In this document: piece by piece, positions 1 through 8,570 of the stretch
Layout of the letters: every line of letters starts with the position of its first letter
Numbering within the stretch: the stretch's first letter is position 1
IMG/VR virus record: IMGVR_UViG_3300030376_004069
Location: 1-24,297 of that record
DNA length: 24,297 bases
Direction: 5' to 3' (one strand)
Origin: a virus
Taxonomy: Duplodnaviria > Caudoviricetes
The notes under the pieces: model-generated
Told to the model about the DNA's origin: nothing
Databases searched by the model: none
What the model saw: only the letters and a program-made list of their open reading frames with translations
Program-made: the position numbers and the translations under genes

Positions 1-743
1 CCACCAGCAGCACCCATTATATTTTGCTTACCAGCTGCAGTTCCTGGATTCAGTAACTCACCGAAAGTTGCGTTTTGAGTAAGGTCTCTGCCAACTGTTG
101 CACCAGCATCTGTTAAAAAGGAGGCATCTCCAGTTTCCTTGAAAAGTTTTATCTGATCAGGAGTTCCGATTGCATTAACAGCATCAGCAGTTGTCATTGT
201 GTTGTTAGCTGTTAATGAAGCAACATTTTTCAGTGCTTCAACATCAGTTTTTAGAGGTAAGTTTTTCAAAGCTCCAGGACTGAAACTTGTCATTCCAGCA
301 GCCAAGTCTCCACCACTATCTATAAATGGCAAGCCTTCCATAAACGTGCCACCAGTTGCTAGGCTTTCACCAACATTCATAGCAATAGGAGCAACTGTTG
401 ATCCAATCTCTTGCATGATAACTTTAGGGTCTGGCATTCCAGACTTAGCACCACCAGCATTCTTATAGTCTTCGATGTATTGCTGCATCATTTCTCTGTC
501 AGCAGCACTTGTGTCTGTATAAGTTCGTTCGCCAGAAACAATCGCATTTACAAAGTTAAAAGAAGGAATGCCACCTTCAGCAGCAGAGATGCCATAAACA
601 TCTTGGAGCTTTCTACCACCCAACGCATCGCCTATGGGATTCCTTTTTAGAGTAAAAAGGTCATATGTAAATGTTTGCGGATCGTCTGTTCCATCGTCTA
701 CTGGATTTGCTCCGTATTCACCGTGTCCTGCAATATGTGGCAT
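1..743 (-). CDS. Putative internal virion/ejection protein, C-terminally truncated by the window edge
   Basis: Not in the ORF track. Hand translation: ATG at 743 after a strong SD (AAAGGAGG), MPHIAGHGEYGANPVDDGTDDPQTF..., open to base 1. It is Gly/Ala/Thr-rich. Function is inferred only from its position after the tail nozzle genes. Confidence 0.6.
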   Translation of the reverse strand, partial: MPHIAGHGEYGANPVDDGTDDPQTFTYDLFTLKRNPIGDALGGRKLQDVYGISAAEGGIPSFNFVNAIVSGERTYTDTSAADREMMQQYIEDYKNAGGAKSGMPDPKVIMQEIGSTVAPIAMNVGESLATGGTFMEGLPFIDSGGDLAAGMTSFSPGALKNLPLKTDVEALKNVASLTANNTMTTADAVNAIGTPDQIKLFKETGDASFLTDAGATVGRDLTQNATFGELLNPGTAAGKQNIMGAAG

Positions 744-754
744 TGTTTCCTCCT

Positions 755-1084
755 TTAGCTTACTTCTAGCAAACTGGCCACAACGTGTAGTCTATTTGCA
801 GTTGCTGCAGTTACCTTTAAAATTTCATTTTCTTGCACCACTAGAGGTGCTGTTAATAATTCCACTGTTGTATTTGCTCCAACAGCTTTTACTTTAAAAA
901 GACTAAATGTTGCTGGAGTAGAAGCAGCATCTGTAATAGTTACAGTAATTGTGTCTGCGTTGCCTGAATCTTCCGAAACAAGAATAGATTTTACGAGACC
1001 AGTTGTGGCATTTGGGCATGTGTATAGCACAGTTGCATCTGTGCTTGTTAAGTCTACTTTTTTATTTTTATAGTTATTTGCCAT
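755..1084 (-). CDS. Conserved virion/tail-associated hypothetical protein (beta-rich)
   Basis: 109-aa ORF MANNYKNKKVDLTSTDATVLYTCP..., starting immediately after the upstream stop (TAAATG) and lying in the tail module. Confidence 0.75.
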   Translation of the reverse strand: MANNYKNKKVDLTSTDATVLYTCPNATTGLVKSILVSEDSGNADTITVTITDAASTPATFSLFKVKAVGANTTVELLTAPLVVQENEILKVTAATANRLHVVASLLEVS

Positions 1085-1261
1085 TTATGCCATAAACCAT
1101 GCTGTTGCTTCTGCTTGCTGTTTTGTATTGTCTAACGCAGAATCAGCTGAGAATAAAGTCGTTTGTTTGTCTAGCTCCAAAGTGTTCATCAAACGAGCCA
1201 TATATCCTTGGTCGTATTCTGAAGGTGGACTAGGTAATCTTAACTGACCAACACCGCTCAT
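1085..1261 (-). CDS. Small tail-associated protein (58 aa)
   Basis: Hand translation MSGVGQLRLPSPPSEYDQGYMARLMNTLELDKQTTLFSADSALDNTKQQAEATAWFMA. ATGA overlap with the upstream stop; fills the gap exactly. Confidence 0.75.
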   Translation of the reverse strand: MSGVGQLRLPSPPSEYDQGYMARLMNTLELDKQTTLFSADSALDNTKQQAEATAWFMA

Positions 1262-3378
1262 CTTAAACCATCCTCTCTTGCGTTAATTCTAAATGTTCCT
1301 AAACTCCAATCGTCTAAAGTTCCTGAGCTTTGCAGTTTCAAGCTCATCTGACGACCTTTAGCTCTTGTGCTAACTTTTGTTGTTGAGCTAGTTATGTCGA
1401 ATGGACCTTTAGTAACTTCGGTCGCATTCGGGTATTTTCTTGTATTTATAAAAAGAGACAAAGTTGTGTTCGAAGTCATAGTTACGTCTGGAATAACTTT
1501 GTCGACTAAATATAAACTGTTACCAGTGTTTGGTATTTCCCCTGCTGAACTTTCTATAAACGAGGTCATTGCTGAACCATCGTCGCTCGTTCCTGTTTCA
1601 TGATTGTAAAGTTTACCATCTGGATCAAATGCAAAAGGAACTGTTCTAGAGCCAAAAGAATCAGACCAAACTGTTCTATCCATAGAACCAATAGACCAAG
1701 CATTCTCTGCATAATTAAAAGTAACATAGCTGTCTGGCTCAGGGTTTGTTGCTGCTGTGTTTTCATTACTAACATAGAACCAAGTCACTTCTTTAAATTC
1801 TTTGTTGTGACCGACAGAAGTTTTGTCAATATAACGAGTTTGCATTCTGTCAAATACATAATATTGAACTGAGCAAGGAAGTTCTTTAACAACACCATTG
1901 TAAACGAAAAAGTTTCGTTTACCCATCCAAAAAACATCGCCGTCAACATTCATCATTGTATGTAAACCAGCGGCACCAGAGTTAGTTGCTAAAAGTCTAA
2001 AGCTAAAAATAAATGGTGGACCAACAAACGTCATGCCATAAATAGCTTCGTCTGTAGAGATAATTGTTTCTTCACGAGATGGAACCATAGCAACTATTTT
2101 AGTTCCGACTTGTAGTCTTTGGTCACCTGCTGTGTTTGTAGAAGTTGGTCCAAAGTCTGCAAAGTCTTCTTGATTAGACCAACGAACGAGCATTGGGTCT
2201 ACATCCCCACCACCACCAGCAGCATATGCTTGAGCACCACCAGCGATAAAATGTCTATCAGGGAAAGAAACTGTCGAAACTAATGTACTGCTTGGAACAC
2301 TCAATGCTCCGGAAAGAGAAGAGACTAAAACTGCTCTGTTGCTAACAGTGCCAGAAGTGTCCCAATAATAAATACCTCCACCACGAACAGTTGCTATAAG
2401 GTCTTCTCCCCAGAGATTTAAAGTCCAGTTAGAATTTGTTAGCTTAATGTCAGAGTCGGCTACAGATCTCGGAGTTCCCCAAGCTCCAACATTCCAACCA
2501 CCAACACCCCAACCTAATGCTGGGTCTGAGCTTTGTGTCCCTAGTCCATTGTCTATTCCTATAAGATAACCGAATGCAACTGCGTTACCACCACCTGCAG
2601 AAACTGTTGAGGTCGCAGCAGTAGGTGAGGTTATTGTATATGTATTTGTTGTAATGGAAGTTATCTGGAAGCCAGCCTTCCTATTTAGCGTTTCAGCATC
2701 AATACCACCTGTTTGAGCGGCTCCTGTTATTACAACAAAATCTCCTTCTTTGGCACCATGACCAGCATCTGTTATCGTGATTGTTGTGCTTGTGTCGGTT
2801 GTAGCAATTGGGTTTATTAAAATCTGAGTTACAACAGCACCAGTGTCATGCGTTGCAGCTGAGGTGCTATTAGTTCCTCTTGTGCAACCTGTTAAAATTA
2901 AACCGCTGATTCCTGTGTAAGTTATAATCTCGCTGTCTATTTTTATAGTTCCAGCAGTTTTAAAACCTTCAACACTTACAAGATCGATCTCAGTTTCGCT
3001 GGCATCTAAAGCCTCGTTAGTTGTAGTTGCATCATTAGACTTGTCTCTAAGAGGTGTAATATCGTAAAGGGATTGGTCTTGTATTATGTAAAGGTGATTG
3101 TGTGTACCAACAGCAATTCTGTCTTCGCCATCAGTTATTGCTCTCCAATTAACCATTGCCCGAGCAATGCCAGTAATGGTTGTTTCTGTGCTTGTAGTTG
3201 TACCAGCTGCATCAACTAAATTTATCTGATCTTTTTCCCAACCACCTATTTTTGTCGGATAGCCATTACGGAAACGCACGAGATCACCATCAACCCAAAA
3301 TGGACCTTGTTTCCCAGCAGAATATTCTGTTATATCTTTAACAATCCCTGGATTAAATTGTAACAGCTGAAGTGCCAT
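1258..3378 (-). CDS. Tail nozzle / tail tubular protein B-like (P22 gp10-like stabilisation protein)
   Basis: 706-aa beta-rich protein with motifs WVDGDLVRFRNGYPTKIGGW, VRWSNQED, TNTAGDQRL and VFWMG. Size and position fit a podovirus nozzle. Confidence 0.7.
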   Translation of the reverse strand: MALQLLQFNPGIVKDITEYSAGKQGPFWVDGDLVRFRNGYPTKIGGWEKDQINLVDAAGTTTSTETTITGIARAMVNWRAITDGEDRIAVGTHNHLYIIQDQSLYDITPLRDKSNDATTTNEALDASETEIDLVSVEGFKTAGTIKIDSEIITYTGISGLILTGCTRGTNSTSAATHDTGAVVTQILINPIATTDTSTTITITDAGHGAKEGDFVVITGAAQTGGIDAETLNRKAGFQITSITTNTYTITSPTAATSTVSAGGGNAVAFGYLIGIDNGLGTQSSDPALGWGVGGWNVGAWGTPRSVADSDIKLTNSNWTLNLWGEDLIATVRGGGIYYWDTSGTVSNRAVLVSSLSGALSVPSSTLVSTVSFPDRHFIAGGAQAYAAGGGGDVDPMLVRWSNQEDFADFGPTSTNTAGDQRLQVGTKIVAMVPSREETIISTDEAIYGMTFVGPPFIFSFRLLATNSGAAGLHTMMNVDGDVFWMGKRNFFVYNGVVKELPCSVQYYVFDRMQTRYIDKTSVGHNKEFKEVTWFYVSNENTAATNPEPDSYVTFNYAENAWSIGSMDRTVWSDSFGSRTVPFAFDPDGKLYNHETGTSDDGSAMTSFIESSAGEIPNTGNSLYLVDKVIPDVTMTSNTTLSLFINTRKYPNATEVTKGPFDITSSTTKVSTRAKGRQMSLKLQSSGTLDDWSLGTFRINAREDGLR

Positions 3379-3996
3379 TTATACTTTCACCCATTCGTAA
3401 ATTTTATTTGTTTCTTTTATTCGATGGTCTAAACCAGTATATCCACCGTTTATTCGTTTTGTTAGTTTTTTAATAACATCATCGCTGACACCTTCGTCGC
3501 ATATTTTCCAAAGGTTGTTTTTTCTAAAAAACCAAATAGCAGTTTCCATCGCATAATCTTCTTCTAGCAATGTCGGATTGCTTAAAACTTCAGGAACACG
3601 CATGTCTGATGCAAATGCTCTGACGTTGTTATATCCTGTTAATTGCAAAAAACCTCTGCCAATATATAAGCTTGCTTTTTCTTTAGTGTCGTTGCCCATT
3701 CTGTCGAAATAGACTTTTTCAGCTAGTGCTTTCGGATTCCTAGCGTATGGTTTCGCACTTTCCTCTGTTGGGAATCTGCTTGGCCAAACACGCATCATAG
3801 CCTCAACGGAATAATTTAAATTTTCTCTCGTTAATTTAAAAGATGCACTTTCATGAACAATCTGCCCGAGAAGATGAGCACCACGCTCTGGCGAAAGCTC
3901 ATAGTGTTTTACAATGCCACGAGCTGTGTTTGGTCCAAAAGAACCATCAGCATCACATCCGCATTTAGTTTGTAATAATTTAAGAGCATTGCTCAT
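3379..3996 (-). CDS. Endolysin, glycoside hydrolase family 19, with a short N-terminal peptidoglycan-binding-like segment
   Basis: GH19 motifs LGQIVHES, ENLNYS, YIGRGFLQLTGYNN and TKRINGGYTGLDHR. N-terminal LQ...DGSFGPNT. Confidence 0.9.
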   Translation of the reverse strand: MSNALKLLQTKCGCDADGSFGPNTARGIVKHYELSPERGAHLLGQIVHESASFKLTRENLNYSVEAMMRVWPSRFPTEESAKPYARNPKALAEKVYFDRMGNDTKEKASLYIGRGFLQLTGYNNVRAFASDMRVPEVLSNPTLLEEDYAMETAIWFFRKNNLWKICDEGVSDDVIKKLTKRINGGYTGLDHRIKETNKIYEWVKV

Positions 3997-3999
3997 AGA

Positions 4000-4299
4000 C
4001 TAAACCTCGAAAAATTTATCAACCTCGTCAAGAAGATCATCTTTGCTTTTTCTTCTATCCAATTCTATACCTTGTTCTCGCATAAAAAGCTCTAATTCTT
4101 TTTTCGTCATGTCGTGGTAATTTTTACTAGCCTCAGGGATTTTTTCTGCAACAACCTCTGTTCCGTTTATTTTTGCTAGAGCTTCTGCTTTTGTCATGCT
4201 TGGAGTTGGTAAGCTTTTGCCACCTTTTGCATATCGGAGATTGTAAAGCTCTTCTCCTTTATCGTTCTCCCCAACATGAAACATTTCTATTTCGCTCAT
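4000..4299 (-). CDS. Hypothetical protein with C-terminal helix-extension-helix (Rho-N/SAP/LEM-like) domain
   Basis: C-terminus MTKKELELFMREQGIELDRRKSKDDLLDEV fits the HeH pattern. ATGA overlap with the holin. Confidence 0.65.
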   Translation of the reverse strand: MSEIEMFHVGENDKGEELYNLRYAKGGKSLPTPSMTKAEALAKINGTEVVAEKIPEASKNYHDMTKKELELFMREQGIELDRRKSKDDLLDEVDKFFEV

Positions 4300-4697
4300 T
4301 TGGTAAGTCCTTTCTGTTTCTCATAGGTTCTCAAGCCTCCAATGCCGAGCATGCCTAAAAGAACAGTCATTAAACTTCCCATGTCAAACTCAGGCAGAGG
4401 TGGTATTGTTGTGCCTGTTAATGTTACAATAAAAATAATCAATGGAGATAATATAAAATGATAAAGCAAAGCGAATCCGCAGATCCAACCAACGAAAGGT
4501 CTCCATCCACCTTTAAATAAACTGCCACTTGCAGCTTCTGCTTTGTTGATTTCTAGTTGTGCGAGCAAAGCCTCTTGTGCATGTCGCTCACCCATTGTTG
4601 CAATCTCGTGAGCAAGTGCAGCTTTTTGGTCTTTGTCTTCGATAAATTTATCTAGCAATCCTGTAACTGGACCAACTAAAGATGTGATTAAACTCAT
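4296..4697 (-). CDS. Holin of the 3-TM (GTA holin-like) family
   Basis: Motifs LLDKFIEDKDQK, GWRPFVGW and LLGMLGIGGLRTYEK, with hydrophobic helices, upstream of the endolysin. Confidence 0.85.
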   Translation of the reverse strand: MSLITSLVGPVTGLLDKFIEDKDQKAALAHEIATMGERHAQEALLAQLEINKAEAASGSLFKGGWRPFVGWICGFALLYHFILSPLIIFIVTLTGTTIPPLPEFDMGSLMTVLLGMLGIGGLRTYEKQKGLTK

Positions 4698-4859
4698 TTA
4701 CATTCTCCAGAGCATACTTGCCAGCAAAACGATTATCGTGCCAGCTCCACCAATTAGAATAGCCTCTATCCTTTTTATTCTAAGGATTGTTTCTTTCCAG
4801 CGTTCTTCTAATTGAACTTCTACAACGGTCAACCTACGACTCAGCTCCTCTAAGTTCAT
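4698..4859 (-). CDS. Small coiled-coil protein with C-terminal TM helix (53 aa), possible lysis accessory
   Basis: Hand translation MNLEELSRRLTVVEVQLEERWKETILRIKRIEAILIGGAGTIIVLLASMLWRM. ATGA overlap upstream; its stop abuts the holin ATG. Confidence 0.75.
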   Translation of the reverse strand: MNLEELSRRLTVVEVQLEERWKETILRIKRIEAILIGGAGTIIVLLASMLWRM

Positions 4860-5092
4860 GATGCTTTTTCAGTTTCCTTTTCGGTAATTTCTTCAGCAGC
4901 TTTTTTAAAAGACTCTAGAAGTTCTTTTTGAAAACTATCTGCTGCTCGTTGCACTTGATCTAAATCAGCTCGCAACTTACTAGCTTTAACAGACAAATCT
5001 TTTAGCTGTGCGATCAGATACTTTTGTTGATTATTAAGGTCAGCTTCAGCATAACCTTTTCCATCTATATTCAATACATTTTCATCAGTCAT
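4856..5092 (-). CDS. Small coiled-coil hypothetical protein (DUF6447-like by recollection)
   Basis: Start moved to ATG 5092 (SD AGGAG): MTDENVLNIDGKGYAEADL... followed by heptad-rich sequence. Confidence 0.7.
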   Translation of the reverse strand: MTDENVLNIDGKGYAEADLNNQQKYLIAQLKDLSVKASKLRADLDQVQRAADSFQKELLESFKKAAEEITEKETEKAS

Positions 5093-5093
5093 T

Positions 5094-5408
5094 TCACATC
5101 TCCTGTGATTCACGGTATGCTTTGTATCCGTTCTTAACATCATCAGTCCATGCTGCATTAGCTATGGCTTGAACACTTGCATCCTCACCAGAGATGTCTG
5201 TAGCTGTGTGCGTCCAACTGCCGTCTTCAGCTTTCACTGACTCGAATGGATGTAGAACATGACGGTGGAAGTTGCGGTTAAGTTCTTTTTTAGAACCATC
5301 TGCTTGCTCTTCCATTATTTTAGTAGCTTCACGAACTAGGATGCTCCAAGTTGAAACTACTTCAATTTTATCATATTCTGTTTCTTTTGTTATATCGCCT
5401 TGTGCCAT
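5094..5408 (-). CDS. Tail fibre-associated protein (possible assembly chaperone)
   Basis: 104-aa ORF with a perfect SD (AAGGAGGT), directly after the tail fibre gene. Confidence 0.65.
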   Translation of the reverse strand: MAQGDITKETEYDKIEVVSTWSILVREATKIMEEQADGSKKELNRNFHRHVLHPFESVKAEDGSWTHTATDISGEDASVQAIANAAWTDDVKNGYKAYRESQEM

Positions 5409-5413
5409 GTTTA

Positions 5414-5457
5414 CCTCCTTTGGCTTGGACTGTCCGACCCAATGATATGCACTGGGT
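5414..5457 (-). promoter_or_regulatory. Intergenic hairpin plus palindrome plus SD between tail fibre and downstream gene
   Basis: Minus strand: ACCCAGTG-CATAT-CATTGGGT stem-loop, overlapping TCGGAC-A-GTCCAA, then AAGGAGG. Confidence 0.5.
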
Positions 5458-7499
5458 TATATTGCACTTGTTATATACGTTGCAGTAAGATAAAGCCTGT
5501 TTTTATTTGAGCCAGTAGCCATATTCGCAACTGGAACTTGTCTGTAAGATGTTCTATCACCTGTGTTATTTACAAGTACTATATCGTCTGCAGCATTAAT
5601 CCAACCGCCTAAAGGGAAAAAGTTTAACCAACTATCTTGTGCTGCTACTGAGCCTACAGCCCCAAGGAATGTTCCACCTGCGGCTGGAAATGGCAGACCG
5701 TTTATTTGAACATTTCCAGAGGCACTTCCTGCTGTGTAACTGCTAGTTTTAAGAAGTATATTAATGGTGACTACATTACCAATTATTGTGTAAGCCCCTG
5801 TTTGACTAGCATAGGCAATAGCACCAAAAGCTGTACCAGTAGCTTCATATGTTGGCGTGAATGTGCCTTCTTCGTACCGATCTAAAATTTGAGAAGTTCC
5901 ACCAGCTTGTGCAGTTGGACCAGCAAAACGAACTCCATGTCCTGATACGCTTATTATTAGATCACCGTCTAAAATATTTACATCACCATCTGTCTCAAAT
6001 TCTGTGCCTTTATTTGGGTCGTTATTCGTATAAATACGCAAAGGATGATTTGTGTTCATAGAGAGCTCACCTCTACTAGAATCCCCAAAAGAACCCATAA
6101 CCATATTTACATCATCACCACCACTTGTGTGGGATTGATTTAAAAGTATTGCTCTTGTATTGTTACCAGTTGCAAGAAGTCTTGCATTAAAAGTTTCAGC
6201 ACTTTGTATATCGACAAATTGCGAAGGGGAGCTAGTTCCGATTCCTATTCGATCATTAGCTGCATCAACAAATAGCATGTGAGCATTGCCATTGCTCTCA
6301 ACACGGAAGTCTAAGTCAACAGAAGCTTCATTAAATACTGTTTCAGTAGGAGCAATAAACATTCTTGAACGACCAGTACCTCCTACCATAGTTATAAAAT
6401 CTATAGAAGCATCTTCAGTACCATCGGAAGCATCTTGTATTTGGCTAAAGATTTGACCATAAAAAACCTTTTCATCAGCATCGTTTTCACCTGTAAAATA
6501 AATTAAACCTGTTGCATCATTATCAGCAGGTGAACTTGAATTACGATAAAACTCCATAACTGGACCTGCTGAACTATCTGCATCAGTAGACTGTAAAACT
6601 AATTGCGTTGCATTAGAATTATTGGTTATGGTGACAACTTGGTTTGTCGTAGTAATAGTGTCATCAGCAGCATCAATAACAAAAGCATCAGCTTGAGCAT
6701 CTGTTTTAATACGAAAGTCTATGTTTTGACCATCATCATTAAAAACAGTTTCTGTAGCATTTGAAATCATACGACTTCTGTTACTACCTGCTAACCGTAC
6801 ATCTAATTCAAAAGAACCATCTTCACCACCATCGGTTGGGTCTAGAAGTTGAGCAAACATACTGACATAACTCAAAGAATTATCAGCAGCATCCTCGCCC
6901 ATAAACCTTATTTGACCTAAAATATCATTTGCCGCAGGACTTGCTGAGTTTCTAGTTAAATCAAGTTTTGGTCCAGTATCTGCATCAGCATCTGTACTTA
7001 CAAGATTAAGGACAGTGCTGTTATCAGCAACAGTAATTGTAGAACCACCTTCAGATGTAAAAGAACCAACATTCAACGAGGCAAAAGCATCAGTAACAGC
7101 AGCTCCTGATCCTGCACCATCTAAATAAACAGCTTTAACATCTCCTGGAGGGATCGTTACATTTGCACCAGAACCTTGGCTTATAATAATATCTTGAGAA
7201 CCACTTGTGCCGTTTTCAATATAATAAAATTTATTAACAGTATTTGGTCCAATAGTTATCGTACAAGTTGAATCTAATGTTCCTGTGTATTTAACATACA
7301 TCGCTCTGACAGGGTCTGTAGAGCCATCAGCAATAGTCGAGGTATGTGTATCAGCATTTGTGGTTATAGCTTCTGTGCCGAAGCCAAAAGCTTCCCCAAT
7401 TAATTCTAAGTTCGTATTGGTGACAGTTCCCCATGTACCTGAGTTATCACCAGTGTCCATCTCACTGAGTCTGAGATCATTTACATAGGTTATTGCCAT
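5457..7499 (-). CDS. Tail fibre / receptor-binding protein
   Basis: 680 aa. N-terminal anchor (GDNSGTWGTVTNTNLELI), repeated VFN...DFR(I/V) fibre motifs, RIGIGTSSP, and a C-terminal LDRYEEGTFTP...YTIIGNVV...INGLPF tip. Confidence 0.85.
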   Translation of the reverse strand: MAITYVNDLRLSEMDTGDNSGTWGTVTNTNLELIGEAFGFGTEAITTNADTHTSTIADGSTDPVRAMYVKYTGTLDSTCTITIGPNTVNKFYYIENGTSGSQDIIISQGSGANVTIPPGDVKAVYLDGAGSGAAVTDAFASLNVGSFTSEGGSTITVADNSTVLNLVSTDADADTGPKLDLTRNSASPAANDILGQIRFMGEDAADNSLSYVSMFAQLLDPTDGGEDGSFELDVRLAGSNRSRMISNATETVFNDDGQNIDFRIKTDAQADAFVIDAADDTITTTNQVVTITNNSNATQLVLQSTDADSSAGPVMEFYRNSSSPADNDATGLIYFTGENDADEKVFYGQIFSQIQDASDGTEDASIDFITMVGGTGRSRMFIAPTETVFNEASVDLDFRVESNGNAHMLFVDAANDRIGIGTSSPSQFVDIQSAETFNARLLATGNNTRAILLNQSHTSGGDDVNMVMGSFGDSSRGELSMNTNHPLRIYTNNDPNKGTEFETDGDVNILDGDLIISVSGHGVRFAGPTAQAGGTSQILDRYEEGTFTPTYEATGTAFGAIAYASQTGAYTIIGNVVTINILLKTSSYTAGSASGNVQINGLPFPAAGGTFLGAVGSVAAQDSWLNFFPLGGWINAADDIVLVNNTGDRTSYRQVPVANMATGSNKNRLYLTATYITSAI
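6238..7040 (-). repeat. Tandem protein-level duplication (period 136 aa) within the tail fibre
   Basis: STDAD..GP....RNS.SPA.ND..G.I.F.GE...DG.ED.S......G..RSRM....TETVFN.....DFR occurs twice, starting at 7040 and 6632. Confidence 0.85.
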
Positions 7500-7500
7500 A

Positions 7501-7941
7501 TCAGTCGATCCTTACTATTGCATTGCTCGCTGTTGCTGCTGGGAACACAATTTTAAAAGTTCCTCCTGAAACTGTGAAATCACCACCAAAGTCCAAAACT
7601 GCTATTGCACCTCTAGCATTCGATGAAGCATCACCCAGCGTTTTATTATAAATTAATGCACCTCTTGCTGTAAATGTAGCTGATGTCCATTCTGGATCAG
7701 CTGCATCGAAAACACCACTTGTACTGTTTTCAGTAACAGCTTTGCTCGCAAGAGCATTACCTGCTGTGGTGTATCCGTTTCCGTTCGCAACTTCACCAGA
7801 TGTTACATATCCGTCTGTTGCTGCACCCAAACTCGCTGAGCTGGTGTAAAGTGCTATGTAGATGTCATCTGAGTCTAGATGATGATCACCTAGTAAAACA
7901 TCTTTTTTAAACAATGTGCACATTGCTTGAGTTATTGCCAT
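7501..7941 (-). CDS. Conserved tail structural protein
   Basis: 146 aa, MAITQAMCTLFK...IALYTSSASL...FTARGALIYN...AVLDFGGD, in the tail module. Confidence 0.7.
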   Translation of the reverse strand: MAITQAMCTLFKKDVLLGDHHLDSDDIYIALYTSSASLGAATDGYVTSGEVANGNGYTTAGNALASKAVTENSTSGVFDAADPEWTSATFTARGALIYNKTLGDASSNARGAIAVLDFGGDFTVSGGTFKIVFPAATASNAIVRID

Positions 7942-7943
7942 GG

Positions 7944-8570
7944 TTATATACCTCCGTTATATTCTGCTGCATAGTCTCTGCTCATCTCTTGAACGAACAG
8001 CTGAACAGCCTCATCAAATTGTGCTTTATATAGTTGTAGCGTTTCTCCAGCTTTAAGGAAAGCAGAAGTTTCATAAAGTGCTGCTGCTAATAAAACTGCA
8101 GGAGCATTCGTATCGATCCAAGTATTCGCATTGCTTGAACTCAAACCTGTTTCCGGAGCAATAAAGTCAACTTGGTAAGCAAGAGTCGCATCAGGAGTTG
8201 GAGCCAGTGTTATAACTGTTCCGGAAGTTGTTGCGTTTTTCGTGCTATACATTATTGGTGTTCCAGTCGTGCTTGACTTTGGCCAATAATCCCTTAAATA
8301 TGAATCTATCCTATGATCCAAATAATTAACATTTCCGCTTGAGTCTGTTATCGAAGCTTGTCTTATCATTCTCGCTGTGGCAACTGTATAATCAAAAGTT
8401 CCGACAACAAGATTACCAGTCGTTACTTTTCTAAAACAAGGAAGATTAGGCAGTCTTTGAAAAACCATCTCTTCAGCCTGAGCAATTATAGTGTCTATTG
8501 AATTAGTAAGCTCTGTTGAGTCGTCCTCTACAAAATTCTGTATGTTTGCTTTTAAAGTTGTATAGCTCAT
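7944..8570 (-). CDS. Head-tail adaptor-like protein
   Basis: Start placed at ATG 8570 (TAATG coupling): MSYTTLKANIQNFVE...IIAQAE...LAPTPD...NTWIDTNAPAVLLAAALYE. Confidence 0.65.
   Translation of the reverse strand: MSYTTLKANIQNFVEDDSTELTNSIDTIIAQAEEMVFQRLPNLPCFRKVTTGNLVVGTFDYTVATARMIRQASITDSSGNVNYLDHRIDSYLRDYWPKSSTTGTPIMYSTKNATTSGTVITLAPTPDATLAYQVDFIAPETGLSSSNANTWIDTNAPAVLLAAALYETSAFLKAGETLQLYKAQFDEAVQLFVQEMSRDYAAEYNGGI

Noticed and set aside
5093-5158. Track start of the 4856-5158 ORF; likewise the extended starts at 8582, 15276, 17379 and 18268
   Set aside because: Downstream starts have SDs or TAATG coupling and avoid long overlaps.
5457-7499. Diversity-generating retroelement or invertible tail fibre system
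   Set aside because: No reverse transcriptase, recombinase, or near-identical template/variable repeat pair is visible in the window.
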